Positions 7,935-15,607 of a stretch of 23,435 bases of DNA are shown piece after piece. The notes beneath the pieces are model-generated. The model was not told the DNA's origin and did no database searches. It worked only from the letters and a program-made list of their open reading frames with translations. Positions within the stretch are counted from its first letter, which is position 1. Each line of letters opens with the position of its first letter. This DNA comes from Candidatus Hermodarchaeum yapensis. GTDB lineage: Archaea; Asgardarchaeota; Hermodarchaeia; Hermodarchaeales; Hermodarchaeaceae. The translations under genes were made by a program, and so were the position numbers. Where the stretch lies: assembly GCA_016840405.1 (NCBI GenBank), contig JAEOSK010000041.1, positions 1 through 23,435 of the forward strand. Direction: 5' to 3'.

Positions 7935-9272
7935 ATGGGTCAAACAGAGACCATGCCTTTACCTGAAGTAGTAGAATTTTCTAATCGATCACAAAAAGAA
8001 CTTCAAAATCATACCCAAATAATTGAATCAGTTACACGAACTGTTTGGCTTAATTTACCTGAAGTTACTTCGGATGTTGTCTTTCGACTAAGACGATTAT
8101 ACACCCGAGCAATCAGACGGTTTATTATCAGTCTAAAGGAGGGAAACTGCACAGAAAAGGAAATCTACCATGAACTCAGGAAGCATTCAACTTTTGCTCA
8201 ACTTCCCGCGCGCATGCTAGATCGGGCAGGACGAGAAGCCTATCAATGGTTTTCTTATTGGCGAAAGGAACGCTTTCTAACTAATGAATTACTGAAGAAC
8301 TGGGCTAAGTGGGCTTCGAAGAATGGTATTGATTTACCTGAACCTCTAATGGGAGAAAACCGCATAGTTTCTTATTCAGGAAACCTCAAAGGTTGGCCAG
8401 GCAGTCAACGTGGTCAATGGCCTCAAACAAATCTACGGATATTCATTGACTCAGACTCCCAGGATTTCCATGTATCCATTGATAAGGTGATTATCAAAAC
8501 ACGGGCTGTTATTGGTGGCACACCTGAAAAGCTTCTTCGCCAAGCGCTCAATGGAAAAAAAGGATATACGGTTGGGGCTCCTAGGCTCATTAACCGTGAA
8601 GGCAAGGTCTACTTAGCTGTACCAGTGACAACTAACGTCTCAATCCCAAAGATAGAAAATTTAACCCATCCAACAGTGATAGGTGTGGATTTAGGAATAA
8701 ATACTCTTGCTGCTGCTGTAGCAATTTCCACTGATGAACGAATACTTCCTGCAAAAGTAGTATCTGGAAAACGGCTTAAACATCAGTTAAGACGGCTTTG
8801 GGGAAAACGAAGAAAAGCTTCAAGATTGAAAAAGTCTGAGGAAATTCAAGCCCTTGATAAAAAAACCAAACGTACCATTCAACATTGGACTAACACAACT
8901 GCAAACGAAGTTGTACGGTATGCAACCAAATTCAATCAACCAGTTATTTCGCTTGAAAATCTTAGTACGTATCAAGCCACTCGTAGAAGAACCCCTTGGG
9001 CAAACCCCCAACTAAGAGACCAGCTTGGTAAATGGGCTAGAGGAGAAATTGGCAAAACCATCCAAAGAAACGCTGCATTACAAGGCATTCCTGTCATTTG
9101 GGTAAATGCAGCTTATTCGAGTCGAATCTGCCCTCGAGGATGCCTTTGCATGCTAACAAGATCTAGCCGTTCCGTTTTTCAGTGTCCTGCTTGTGGTGTC
9201 AAACTTCCAAGAGATATCAACGCTGCGATTGAACTAGCACGTCGCGGTATACGTCTAATAAAGAAATGTTAA
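7935..9272 (+). CDS. tnpB: TnpB/Cas12f-like RNA-guided endonuclease, catalytic residues intact, no adjacent transposase or CRISPR array
   Basis: RuvC-I VIGVDLGINTLA, RuvC-II ISLENLS, Zn ribbon VNAAYSSRICPRGC...FQCPACG, RuvC-III RDINAAIELARRG. Start taken as ATG 7935 (ORF opens at GTG 7902). Confidence 0.9.
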   Translation: MGQTETMPLPEVVEFSNRSQKELQNHTQIIESVTRTVWLNLPEVTSDVVFRLRRLYTRAIRRFIISLKEGNCTEKEIYHELRKHSTFAQLPARMLDRAGREAYQWFSYWRKERFLTNELLKNWAKWASKNGIDLPEPLMGENRIVSYSGNLKGWPGSQRGQWPQTNLRIFIDSDSQDFHVSIDKVIIKTRAVIGGTPEKLLRQALNGKKGYTVGAPRLINREGKVYLAVPVTTNVSIPKIENLTHPTVIGVDLGINTLAAAVAISTDERILPAKVVSGKRLKHQLRRLWGKRRKASRLKKSEEIQALDKKTKRTIQHWTNTTANEVVRYATKFNQPVISLENLSTYQATRRRTPWANPQLRDQLGKWARGEIGKTIQRNAALQGIPVIWVNAAYSSRICPRGCLCMLTRSSRSVFQCPACGVKLPRDINAAIELARRGIRLIKKC

Positions 9273-9289
9273 GATGGAATAACTCACTA

Positions 9290-9503
9290 TGTTTGTGGAC
9301 AACGCAAACACGCCCTCCAAGACCATTAAATGGCTGGATGGTGAGGGCAACGGAAAGAGCCCTGATTTGGAACGGGTAAGTCCGATATTCTTAAGCACTC
9401 TTGCCTGGCAAGAACGCTAGTGTATCCCCTCTTGCTCGATATCGGCTCCATTCCAACGAATCGTGAACTTCATGTACACGAACTTTCTCGCCCGAGGCTC
9501 CAT
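9290..9503 (+). ncRNA. Putative omegaRNA-like scaffold (about 9290-9487) plus tRNA-Thr-derived 3' segment (9489-9503)
   Basis: Non-coding stretch with nested stems: TGTTTGT/GCAAACA, GCCCTC/GAGGGC, TTGGAA/TTCCAA, CCGATAT/ATATCGG, TCTTGC/GCAAGA, TCGTG/CACGA. Lies directly 3' of tnpB and ends in CGCCCGAGGCTCCAT, identical to 1970-1984. Confidence 0.65.
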
Positions 9504-9564
9504 CTTAACACTATTTATTTTTCACCTGCATGTTTTCTATGAGAGATTTTTAAGTGTCTAAAGG

Positions 9565-10293
9565 ATGAAGTGCTATGTATACAATCTATCGCAGGTGAGC
9601 CATTCAATGAAAGTGAATAAGGAAAAGCGTCTTGCTGCTGAAGCGGCCATTAGTCATGTGGCAGATGGGATGTGTCTTGGAGTTGGAACGGGGTCAACTG
9701 TTGCGATTTTTATTGAATTACTTGCTGAGAAAATCTCCGCAGAGGGCATCTCGATTACGGCTGTGCCCAGTTCTTATGCTACGTTGCTTCAGCTTCATGA
9801 TGTAGGCGTTCCCACGATTCCGCTTGGATGTGTGGCCAGCGTGCCGTGTGCGGTTGACGGAGCGGATGAAGTTGATGCCAAATTGGCAATGATAAAGGGT
9901 GGTGGTGCAGCTCTTCTTCGTGAAAAAATCTTAGCTGAAGCTGCGCAACAATTCGTCATCATGGTTGACAATGCAAAACTCGTCAAAGCCTTGGGGACCC
10001 GGGTTCCCATACCGGTAGAAGTCCTTCCCGAGGCGCTAGCAATTGCAATGGATCGCATCCAACAACTCGGCGGCTCACCCATGCTTCGCCAAGCTGAAAG
10101 AAAAGCAGGTCCAGTAATCACCGACAATGGAAACTTCATCCTGGATGTGACAGTTCCAAAAATCTCCAATCCTGCAAAGCTAGACAAAGACCTGAAGTTA
10201 ATCCCAGGAGTAATAGAGAGCGGCCTTTTCCCAGACCAAGCTGATATCATCTATGTTGGCCAAGAAAAAGGCGTCAAGCTCTTACAGCGGTGA
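9565..10293 (+). CDS. rpiA: Ribose-5-phosphate isomerase A
   Basis: GVGTGSTV, VDGADEVD, IKGGGAALLREKI, PVITDNGNFILD, IPGVIESGLF. True start may be ATG 9607. Confidence 0.97.
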   Translation: MKCYVYNLSQVSHSMKVNKEKRLAAEAAISHVADGMCLGVGTGSTVAIFIELLAEKISAEGISITAVPSSYATLLQLHDVGVPTIPLGCVASVPCAVDGADEVDAKLAMIKGGGAALLREKILAEAAQQFVIMVDNAKLVKALGTRVPIPVEVLPEALAIAMDRIQQLGGSPMLRQAERKAGPVITDNGNFILDVTVPKISNPAKLDKDLKLIPGVIESGLFPDQADIIYVGQEKGVKLLQR

Positions 10294-10432
10294 ACTGCTC
10301 ACACCTGTAGGTGTGGGCTTCCTGTTTCATCCCATCGGCTCATGCTGACTGGTCCGCAGGCTCTACTCGCCGTTCCGGCGATGTTGCCCGGTCACGTGTA
10401 CCTTGGTTCTCGGATCACGGACCAAGACCTCA
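10290..10432 (-). ncRNA. Orphan IS200/IS605 right end / stand-alone TnpB omegaRNA
   Basis: The 72 nt at 10361->10290 align without gaps to the right end of the tnpB element at 15482-15553 (46/72 identical by hand count), including GCCTG.GGA, GTCAGCA, TGAA.CAGGAA.CC, a subterminal hairpin and terminal AGTTCAC. TTTAAA box upstream; 5' boundary approximate. Confidence 0.8.
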
Positions 10433-10562
10433 CTATTAGCTTCCAAGGAGCTTGTTTAAACACCACAAACTATCACAAAACTGCTGAATTATGTTCTTTT
10501 CAGGGTTTTTAAATAAAACATAACATGCATAAGGCACGAATTGCTTTGCTTGAAAGTACACT

Positions 10563-10685
10563 GGGCCCGTGGCCAAGCCGGATAGGTTTTACCTCCCTGG
10601 AGAAGGCGCCGGCCTCCTAAGCCGGAGATCCCGGGTTCGAAAACGTCCATTACATATGACGTCGATATTCCCGGCGGGCCCGCCA
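10563..10685 (+). tRNA. tRNA-Arg(CCT) with two non-canonical introns: D-loop 20a/21 (10584-10602) and T-loop 59/60 (10642-10668)
   Basis: GGGCCCG/CGGGCCC-G-CCA; CCGGC-CT-CCT-AA-GCCGG. BHBs: CCGG/CTGG (AT|A, AG|A) and TTCG/CGAT with outer ACGTC/GACGT. Confidence 0.92.
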
Positions 10686-10690
10686 TTTTC

Positions 10691-11287
10691 TCATTTTTCT
10701 GCGGCAATATCGGCTGGTGCTACAAGATAGTAGGTGGTTTCGCCCTGTCGATCCAATACAGCAAGCATGAGTTTTTTCCGATTTCTTTTCGCCTGTTTGC
10801 TAAAAGCATCTAGCTCTGTGACTTTCAGGGGTGATCCCTCTGAAATGGCGCAAACAAAGTATTTTGCTGTAGCTTCGTTCAATTTTGCTCCCCGAGGATA
10901 GACGCGAAATAATAATCCTTTCCCGTATCCTGTACGAACGACATATCCTCTACTTCGCAAGTCACTGTAAACCAAGAACCGAGTCCAAAGTCCTGGGTGT
11001 CCTTCTGCTAACCGTTCAAGTAGATCTGAAAATTCGAGCTTAGTACCTTCTGTGTCATGAACTTGAATGCGTTCGCGTCGGCTTAGCAACAAGGCTTCTT
11101 CAGGTTCCAAGGTTAACTTTGCGGTGCTCGTCAAGGTTCCATAATACCCGGCTTCATACAGTACGGGCGCATATTCTCCCTTCACTACTACGCGTCCTCG
11201 TACAAATTTCGCTGGAATTGCCTCATCTGGAAGGTGAGACCGTTCGCTCTCTGAGGCAGTTTTTTTCACCGGTTTTTCTCCAGCCAT
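10691..11287 (-). CDS. endA: tRNA-intron (splicing) endonuclease subunit, probably the non-catalytic/structural subunit
   Basis: FLVYSDLRSRGYVVRTG...FRVYPRG...RKKLMLAVLDRQGETTYY is the EndA fold signature. The catalytic His position reads Thr (EATAKYFV). Confidence 0.88.
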   Translation of the reverse strand: MAGEKPVKKTASESERSHLPDEAIPAKFVRGRVVVKGEYAPVLYEAGYYGTLTSTAKLTLEPEEALLLSRRERIQVHDTEGTKLEFSDLLERLAEGHPGLWTRFLVYSDLRSRGYVVRTGYGKGLLFRVYPRGAKLNEATAKYFVCAISEGSPLKVTELDAFSKQAKRNRKKLMLAVLDRQGETTYYLVAPADIAAEK

Positions 11288-11354
11288 CTTCAGGCACCAC
11301 TATTCAAATCGAAAAGAGGCGAAGCTATATAACATTCTTCCCGTCTCCCAAAGA

Positions 11355-11846
11355 TTGATGGAATCTTGGGAACAACGACTCAAAGAAGAATTTTCCAATT
11401 CAACCAAAAGCGTGATACTGGGCATTGGAAATGATCTTAAAGCTGACGATGGAGTTGGACCCCACATCATCGCCCAATTGGAAAACCAAGCTCCCGTTCA
11501 AATTGATCTCATAAATGTCGGTACTGTTCCTGAAAATTTTATCAGTCTTCTAATCGAAAAACAACCAGAATTCATTCTTCTACTTGATGCTGCTCTCATG
11601 CAAGCCGAACCTGGCACCATCCGCCTCATCGACAAAGACAACATTGGTGGGATCGCGTTTTCCTCCCATCAACTGCCCCTCACTTTCTTCATTGAATACC
11701 TCGAAAGCAACATTGCAACCACCATCCTGGTCTTAGGAATTCAACCCCTGACAGACGATTTTGCTCAACCCATATCCGAACCCGTACAAACCGCGGCCAA
11801 TCAAATCATCAACACCCTCACCCAAATTTTCCGCGAAACCATTTGA
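11355..11846 (+). CDS. hycI: Hydrogenase maturation protease (HycI-like)
   Basis: ILGIGNDLKADDGVG, GTVPENF, LLDAA, FSSHQLPL, VLGIQP. Confidence 0.92.
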   Translation: MMESWEQRLKEEFSNSTKSVILGIGNDLKADDGVGPHIIAQLENQAPVQIDLINVGTVPENFISLLIEKQPEFILLLDAALMQAEPGTIRLIDKDNIGGIAFSSHQLPLTFFIEYLESNIATTILVLGIQPLTDDFAQPISEPVQTAANQIINTLTQIFRETI

Positions 11847-11889
11847 AAACGCTTATAAACCACTCCCCCCCACCTACATCCCGCATTGT

Positions 11890-12021
11890 CCCGGCGTAGC
11901 TCAACCTGGTAGAGCGTCTGGCTGTAGGTAATAACCGCACCCCGAGCCTCACGGCAATGACGCGGTGTCAACCAACGCAGATACCAGATGGTTCCTGGTT
12001 CAAATCCGGGCGCCGGGACCA
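11890..12021 (+). tRNA. tRNA-Tyr(GTA) with 55-nt canonical intron (11928-11982), CCA encoded
   Basis: C1-G72 acceptor CCCGGCG/CGCCGGG-A-CCA; TCTGG-CT-GTA-G|A-CCAGA; central helix CTGT/GCAG; TATA box CTTATAAA at 11852-11859. Confidence 0.95.
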
Positions 12022-12134
12022 ACTCCTCCCCTTAAATTCTCACTCAGACCAGAGGCGCTTATCATCTTTCCAAATCTCTGAAAGACAACCTTTTTATATC
12101 GCATAGAATCGAATTTCCTCTGGAGGGTAAAAGG

Positions 12135-13409
12135 ATGCGAATTTTTAGTTCCTCTTTTAGAAAAGGTAAGCCCTATCTTCTAATTTCGTTGATATGGCTT
12201 GGAGGATATTTTGGTTCGTCTTTTTTTCTTCTGAATCCGATTCTAGCTTTATCCGGAAATGATGTGCATTGCAAAGCTTTCCATATCAGTTTTCAAATAT
12301 CAGGCTACGGCTCATGGGCTAATGAAGGACCTACTCCCATGCCTTCTGCACGAGGTTATCATGCCCTTGCATATGATGTCGAAAACGATCGAACCATTCT
12401 TTATGCAGGTGCCGATCAATATTACGACACATTTCAAGATACCTGGAGTTATGATCACAACACTAACACATGGGAGAATAGGACTCCAACCAGTTCCCCA
12501 CCCCCCCTAGGCGCTCATGCCTTGGCGTATGACTCAAAGAACGAGGTTGTAATTCTCTTTGGAGGAGATGTTGACCCCTTTCTTTCCACAGCTGAAACTT
12601 GGGTTTATGACTATGATACCAATACTTGGACTAACCGGACCACAAGTGTTGCACCACCCCCTCGGTCCGGTCACTCGATGGTCTTTGACACTCAATCTGA
12701 ACGAATCCTTCTCTTTGGCGGACAATACTGGGATGGCCAGTTTGAGTATGCTTACCATGATACATGGACCTACGATTACGATACCAATCAATGGACAAAT
12801 GTCACTCCTGCCATAAGTCCTGGAAATCGAATGTTTTATGGCATGAGCTATGATGAAGTGTTTGATCGAACCGTCATATTTGGTGGATTCTCAGGAGGGT
12901 CAGGTGTAACGAGAACGGGTTTTAATGATGAAACCTGGGTCTTTGATTTAGAAACCGCGAACTGGACCGAATTGACCATAACAGAGGCACCAGGAGCACG
13001 AGCCTATGGCAAAATGGTATATCATTCAGCTATTGGGTGTTCTGTACTTTATGGTGGCTGGAACGAAGAGACGGGTCAATATTACTCAGATACTTGGGCT
13101 TACAATTACTCTACGAATACATGGACGCAACTCGATGTGTCGCCTAGTCCGAACATTCGCCTTCGACATCAACTAGCCTACGATAACGAATCAGAACGGA
13201 TCGTATTATTCAGCGGTGCGTCTACAGGCTTTAGCTACCAACAAGCCACATGGACATTTGAATTTACACCAGTACAGCCTCCACCTCCTCCCCCAATTCC
13301 AAGTTTTCCGATCGAAAGCATTCTAGTAGGCATTATCATTGGAATCTTATGTGTTGTCATTATAAGACGAAAAAGACAGCAGCAAATCAACGATACAAGA
13401 GAAGAATAA
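12135..13409 (+). CDS. Cell-surface Kelch-repeat beta-propeller protein with Pro-rich linker and C-terminal membrane anchor
   Basis: Six repeats of P-x-R-x-x-H-x-L/M-x-Y/F-D...ILFGG...DTW-x-YD-x-x-TN-x-W; N-terminal hydrophobic segment; PPPPPPIPSFP, TM helix, RRKRQ tail. Confidence 0.9.
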   Translation: MRIFSSSFRKGKPYLLISLIWLGGYFGSSFFLLNPILALSGNDVHCKAFHISFQISGYGSWANEGPTPMPSARGYHALAYDVENDRTILYAGADQYYDTFQDTWSYDHNTNTWENRTPTSSPPPLGAHALAYDSKNEVVILFGGDVDPFLSTAETWVYDYDTNTWTNRTTSVAPPPRSGHSMVFDTQSERILLFGGQYWDGQFEYAYHDTWTYDYDTNQWTNVTPAISPGNRMFYGMSYDEVFDRTVIFGGFSGGSGVTRTGFNDETWVFDLETANWTELTITEAPGARAYGKMVYHSAIGCSVLYGGWNEETGQYYSDTWAYNYSTNTWTQLDVSPSPNIRLRHQLAYDNESERIVLFSGASTGFSYQQATWTFEFTPVQPPPPPPIPSFPIESILVGIIIGILCVVIIRRKRQQQINDTREE

Positions 13410-13525
13410 CGGCAATCAGCTCATTTATTCTCAGTTCTCCCCAAACAATACAGTATGCAACAATCTTTTTCTAACTCTCTAAAGGATAACCTTTAAATTA
13501 ACCCGCATGATTTCCAGATTACTGC

Positions 13526-13633
13526 GCCCGTTTAGTGTAGCCAGGTCTATCATCTGGGACTGTCAATGATCTATGGGTTGCATAGGTCTGCGGATCTCCT
13601 AGGACTCGGGTTCGAATCCCGGAACGGGCGCCA
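13526..13633 (+). tRNA. tRNA-Asp(GTC) with 30-nt canonical intron (13566-13595), CCA encoded
   Basis: GCCCGTT/AACGGGC-G-CCA; TGGGA-CT-GTC-A|C-TCCTA; BHB CTGT/GCGG with outer GATCTATG/CATAGGTC; TTTAAAT box at about 13492. Confidence 0.93.
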
Positions 13634-13674
13634 CTTCCTTTTCTTTGGGCTATTGGAGTTGGAAGAAAGTGTAG

Positions 13675-14193
13675 TTAGCGATGGTTGTGTCTTCCATAGT
13701 CATCCCAAACTACATGCATGGGATGCTTTGGGAGGTCTTTAAGGAGCTCGATGAAGGTTGTGGGTTTAAAGTTGACCTCTTTGAGTTTCGATATGTCGAA
13801 CCATTTGAAGTCTAGCACCCAGCTTCTATCTGTTGAATGTTGTTCTTCTTGCCCAAGAAATTCATCTTGTTCCCATACTCCTGTTGCTTTTGCGGGTGTT
13901 ACGAGGAAATAGAATTCAATGGAATGAAACTTCTTTCCATTGAAAATAAAAAAATTCTCAAGTATCCACAGGAGGCGTTGAACCTTGATTTCGAAATTTG
14001 TTTCTTCAAAGAGCTCTCTTTTGACACCTTCTTGAAGGGTCTCGTGCAGGTAAACTTGGCCACCCGGAAGCACCCATAAATCATCATCCTCTAATCGACA
14101 TAGCAAGACTCGGTTCTTCCCATCAAGCATAACACCTACGGCTCTTACAAAAAACGACTCAATCTCCGATTCGATCTTAATCTTCTTTGGCAC
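13675..14193 (-). CDS. NUDIX hydrolase (paralogue of 2060-2608)
   Basis: WVLPGGQVYLHETLQEGVKRELFEET; RLLWILENFF; HSIEFYF. Confidence 0.9.
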   Translation of the reverse strand: MPKKIKIESEIESFFVRAVGVMLDGKNRVLLCRLEDDDLWVLPGGQVYLHETLQEGVKRELFEETNFEIKVQRLLWILENFFIFNGKKFHSIEFYFLVTPAKATGVWEQDEFLGQEEQHSTDRSWVLDFKWFDISKLKEVNFKPTTFIELLKDLPKHPMHVVWDDYGRHNHR

Positions 14194-14345
14194 TACCCAA
14201 ACCTCTCTCGAAACTCAAATTTTAGAGGAAACCTGTCTTTGTTGTCCAATATAAACCCCTAGCCATGAAACGGGCAACATTTTCCCTTTGTTAAGGTCGA
14301 GAAGTAAACGGGGACTTCAAATAGCTACCTGCAGAACCTAATTAC

Positions 14346-15530
14346 ATGCTATGAACCTACAGGTATCGCTTATACCCGAATAAGGTTCAGCGTGAACAAA
14401 TTCGTAAAAACATTGATGCTTGTCGGTTCGTCTATAATTGGGCCTTGGAACAAAAGAAACTCGCCTATGAGACTGATAGTAAATGTCTCAGCTGGTACGA
14501 CCTGAACTATTTACTCACAAGTCTGAAACAAGACCATTCCTTTCTAAAGGAAGCCTACTCTCAGTCTCTTATACAGGCCATTAAGCGAGTAATTCTAGCG
14601 TATAAACACTTCTTTCGGCGAGTCAAACTAAGAAAGAACCCTGGATATCCCAAATTTAAAAGCAGAAAGGCTCGTAGACAGTCTTTTGTTGTCCCGCAAT
14701 TTTTTGATGTTGACTTCGAAGCCAATCGAGTATGTCTGCCTAAAATTGGGAAGATAAAAGCCGTCTTTCATCGAAGGTTCACAGGCAATCCTAAAGAATG
14801 CATAGTTGTTTCTACTAAAACGGGTAAGTTCTTCATTTGTATCGTAGTAGAGGATGGAAAACAGCCTCCTAGAAAGAGATTGATAACCTCAGAGGGTTCA
14901 GTTGGCATTGATGTCGGGCTCACTTCCTATGCTACACTCTCCTCTGGTGAGAAAATTAAAAATCCGCGACCGATTCAACATGGGTTCAAAAGGTTACGCT
15001 GTCTTCATCAAAGGTTAAGTAAAAAGAAGAAGGGGTCGAAAAACAGAGAGAAAGCAAGATACCGGCTAGCCCGATACTATGAACATGTTGCTAATCAGCG
15101 AATAGACTTTTTACAGAAACTATCCACTCGAATAATTCGCGAGAACCAAGCGATTATAGTGGAGAGTTTGAACGTTCGTGGCATGATGGGAAATAGAAAG
15201 CTTGCTAGACAAATTTCAGATGCGGCATGGTCTAAATTTCTTCGAATGTTGAAGGATAAAGCCGAAATATGTGGCGTAACCCTGATTGAGATTGGGCGAT
15301 TTGAGTCTACAAGTAGACTCTGTTCAGCTTGTGGATTCAAAAATACTGCACTTCAAATAGCAGATCGAGCCTGGGTATGCCCAGAATGTAGAACCCACCA
15401 TGACCGGGATATTAATGCCGCGCAAAACATAAAGATGATAGGACTTCGGTCTATCATGACACCGGGGGAACCTCGGGAAGGGCCTGTGGAGTTGTCAGCA
15501 CTGGCTGAAGCATTGAAGCAGGAAACCTAA
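14346..15530 (+). pseudogene. tnpB: IS200/IS605 (IS1341-type) tnpB with an in-frame TGA at codon 3; remainder intact
   Basis: ATG CTA TGA ACC TAC AGG TAT CGC TTA TAC CCG reads M-L-*-TYRYRLYPNKVQ...CRFVYNWAL (typical OrfB HTH start), in frame with 14445-15530. GIDVGL, IIVESL, CSACG/CPEC and DRDINAA are present. Confidence 0.85.
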
Positions 15531-15553
15531 TCTGTAAGGACTAGGTAGTTCAC
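14346..15553 (+). mobile_element. IS1341-like element (tnpB only); right end and omegaRNA end at ...GGTAGTTCAC 15553; left end not located
   Basis: tnpB 3' end overlaps GCCTGTGGAG...TGAAGCAGGAAACC-hairpin-GGTAGTTCAC; no tnpA in the window. Confidence 0.8.
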
Positions 15554-15607
15554 GAAGTGTTTAATCGAAACCTTAAAAAGGCGTTTGTACATTGTCGCCT
15601 TAACTCC

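Noticed and set aside
7785-9503. tnpB as cargo of a giant BHB intron in the T-loop of tRNA-Thr(GGT) (CGAAC at 9479-9483 can pair with GTTCG)
   Set aside because: Both possible BHB registers give a T-loop one base too long or too short, the distal 3' end mispairs twice with the GGT gene, and that gene is already complete.
9290-9503. A complete multi-intron tRNA-Thr(CGT) hidden downstream of tnpB
   Set aside because: No GCCTCGG 5' strand, D-arm or anticodon arm could be assembled.
1970-9503. A single 7.5-kb island bounded by the 15-bp repeat at 1970-1984 and 9489-9503
   Set aside because: It would have to contain three apparently housekeeping tRNA genes and has no integrase; not excluded, but less economical.
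9444-9503. Repeated GGCTCCAT (9444-9451, 9496-9503) as a mini CRISPR array
   Set aside because: Only 8 nt and two copies; no repeat-spacer periodicity anywhere in the window.
14352-14354. TGA in tnpB as selenocysteine or recoding
   Set aside because: The position is normally a basic residue, not Cys, and TGA is used as a normal stop in rpiA and rpoA1.
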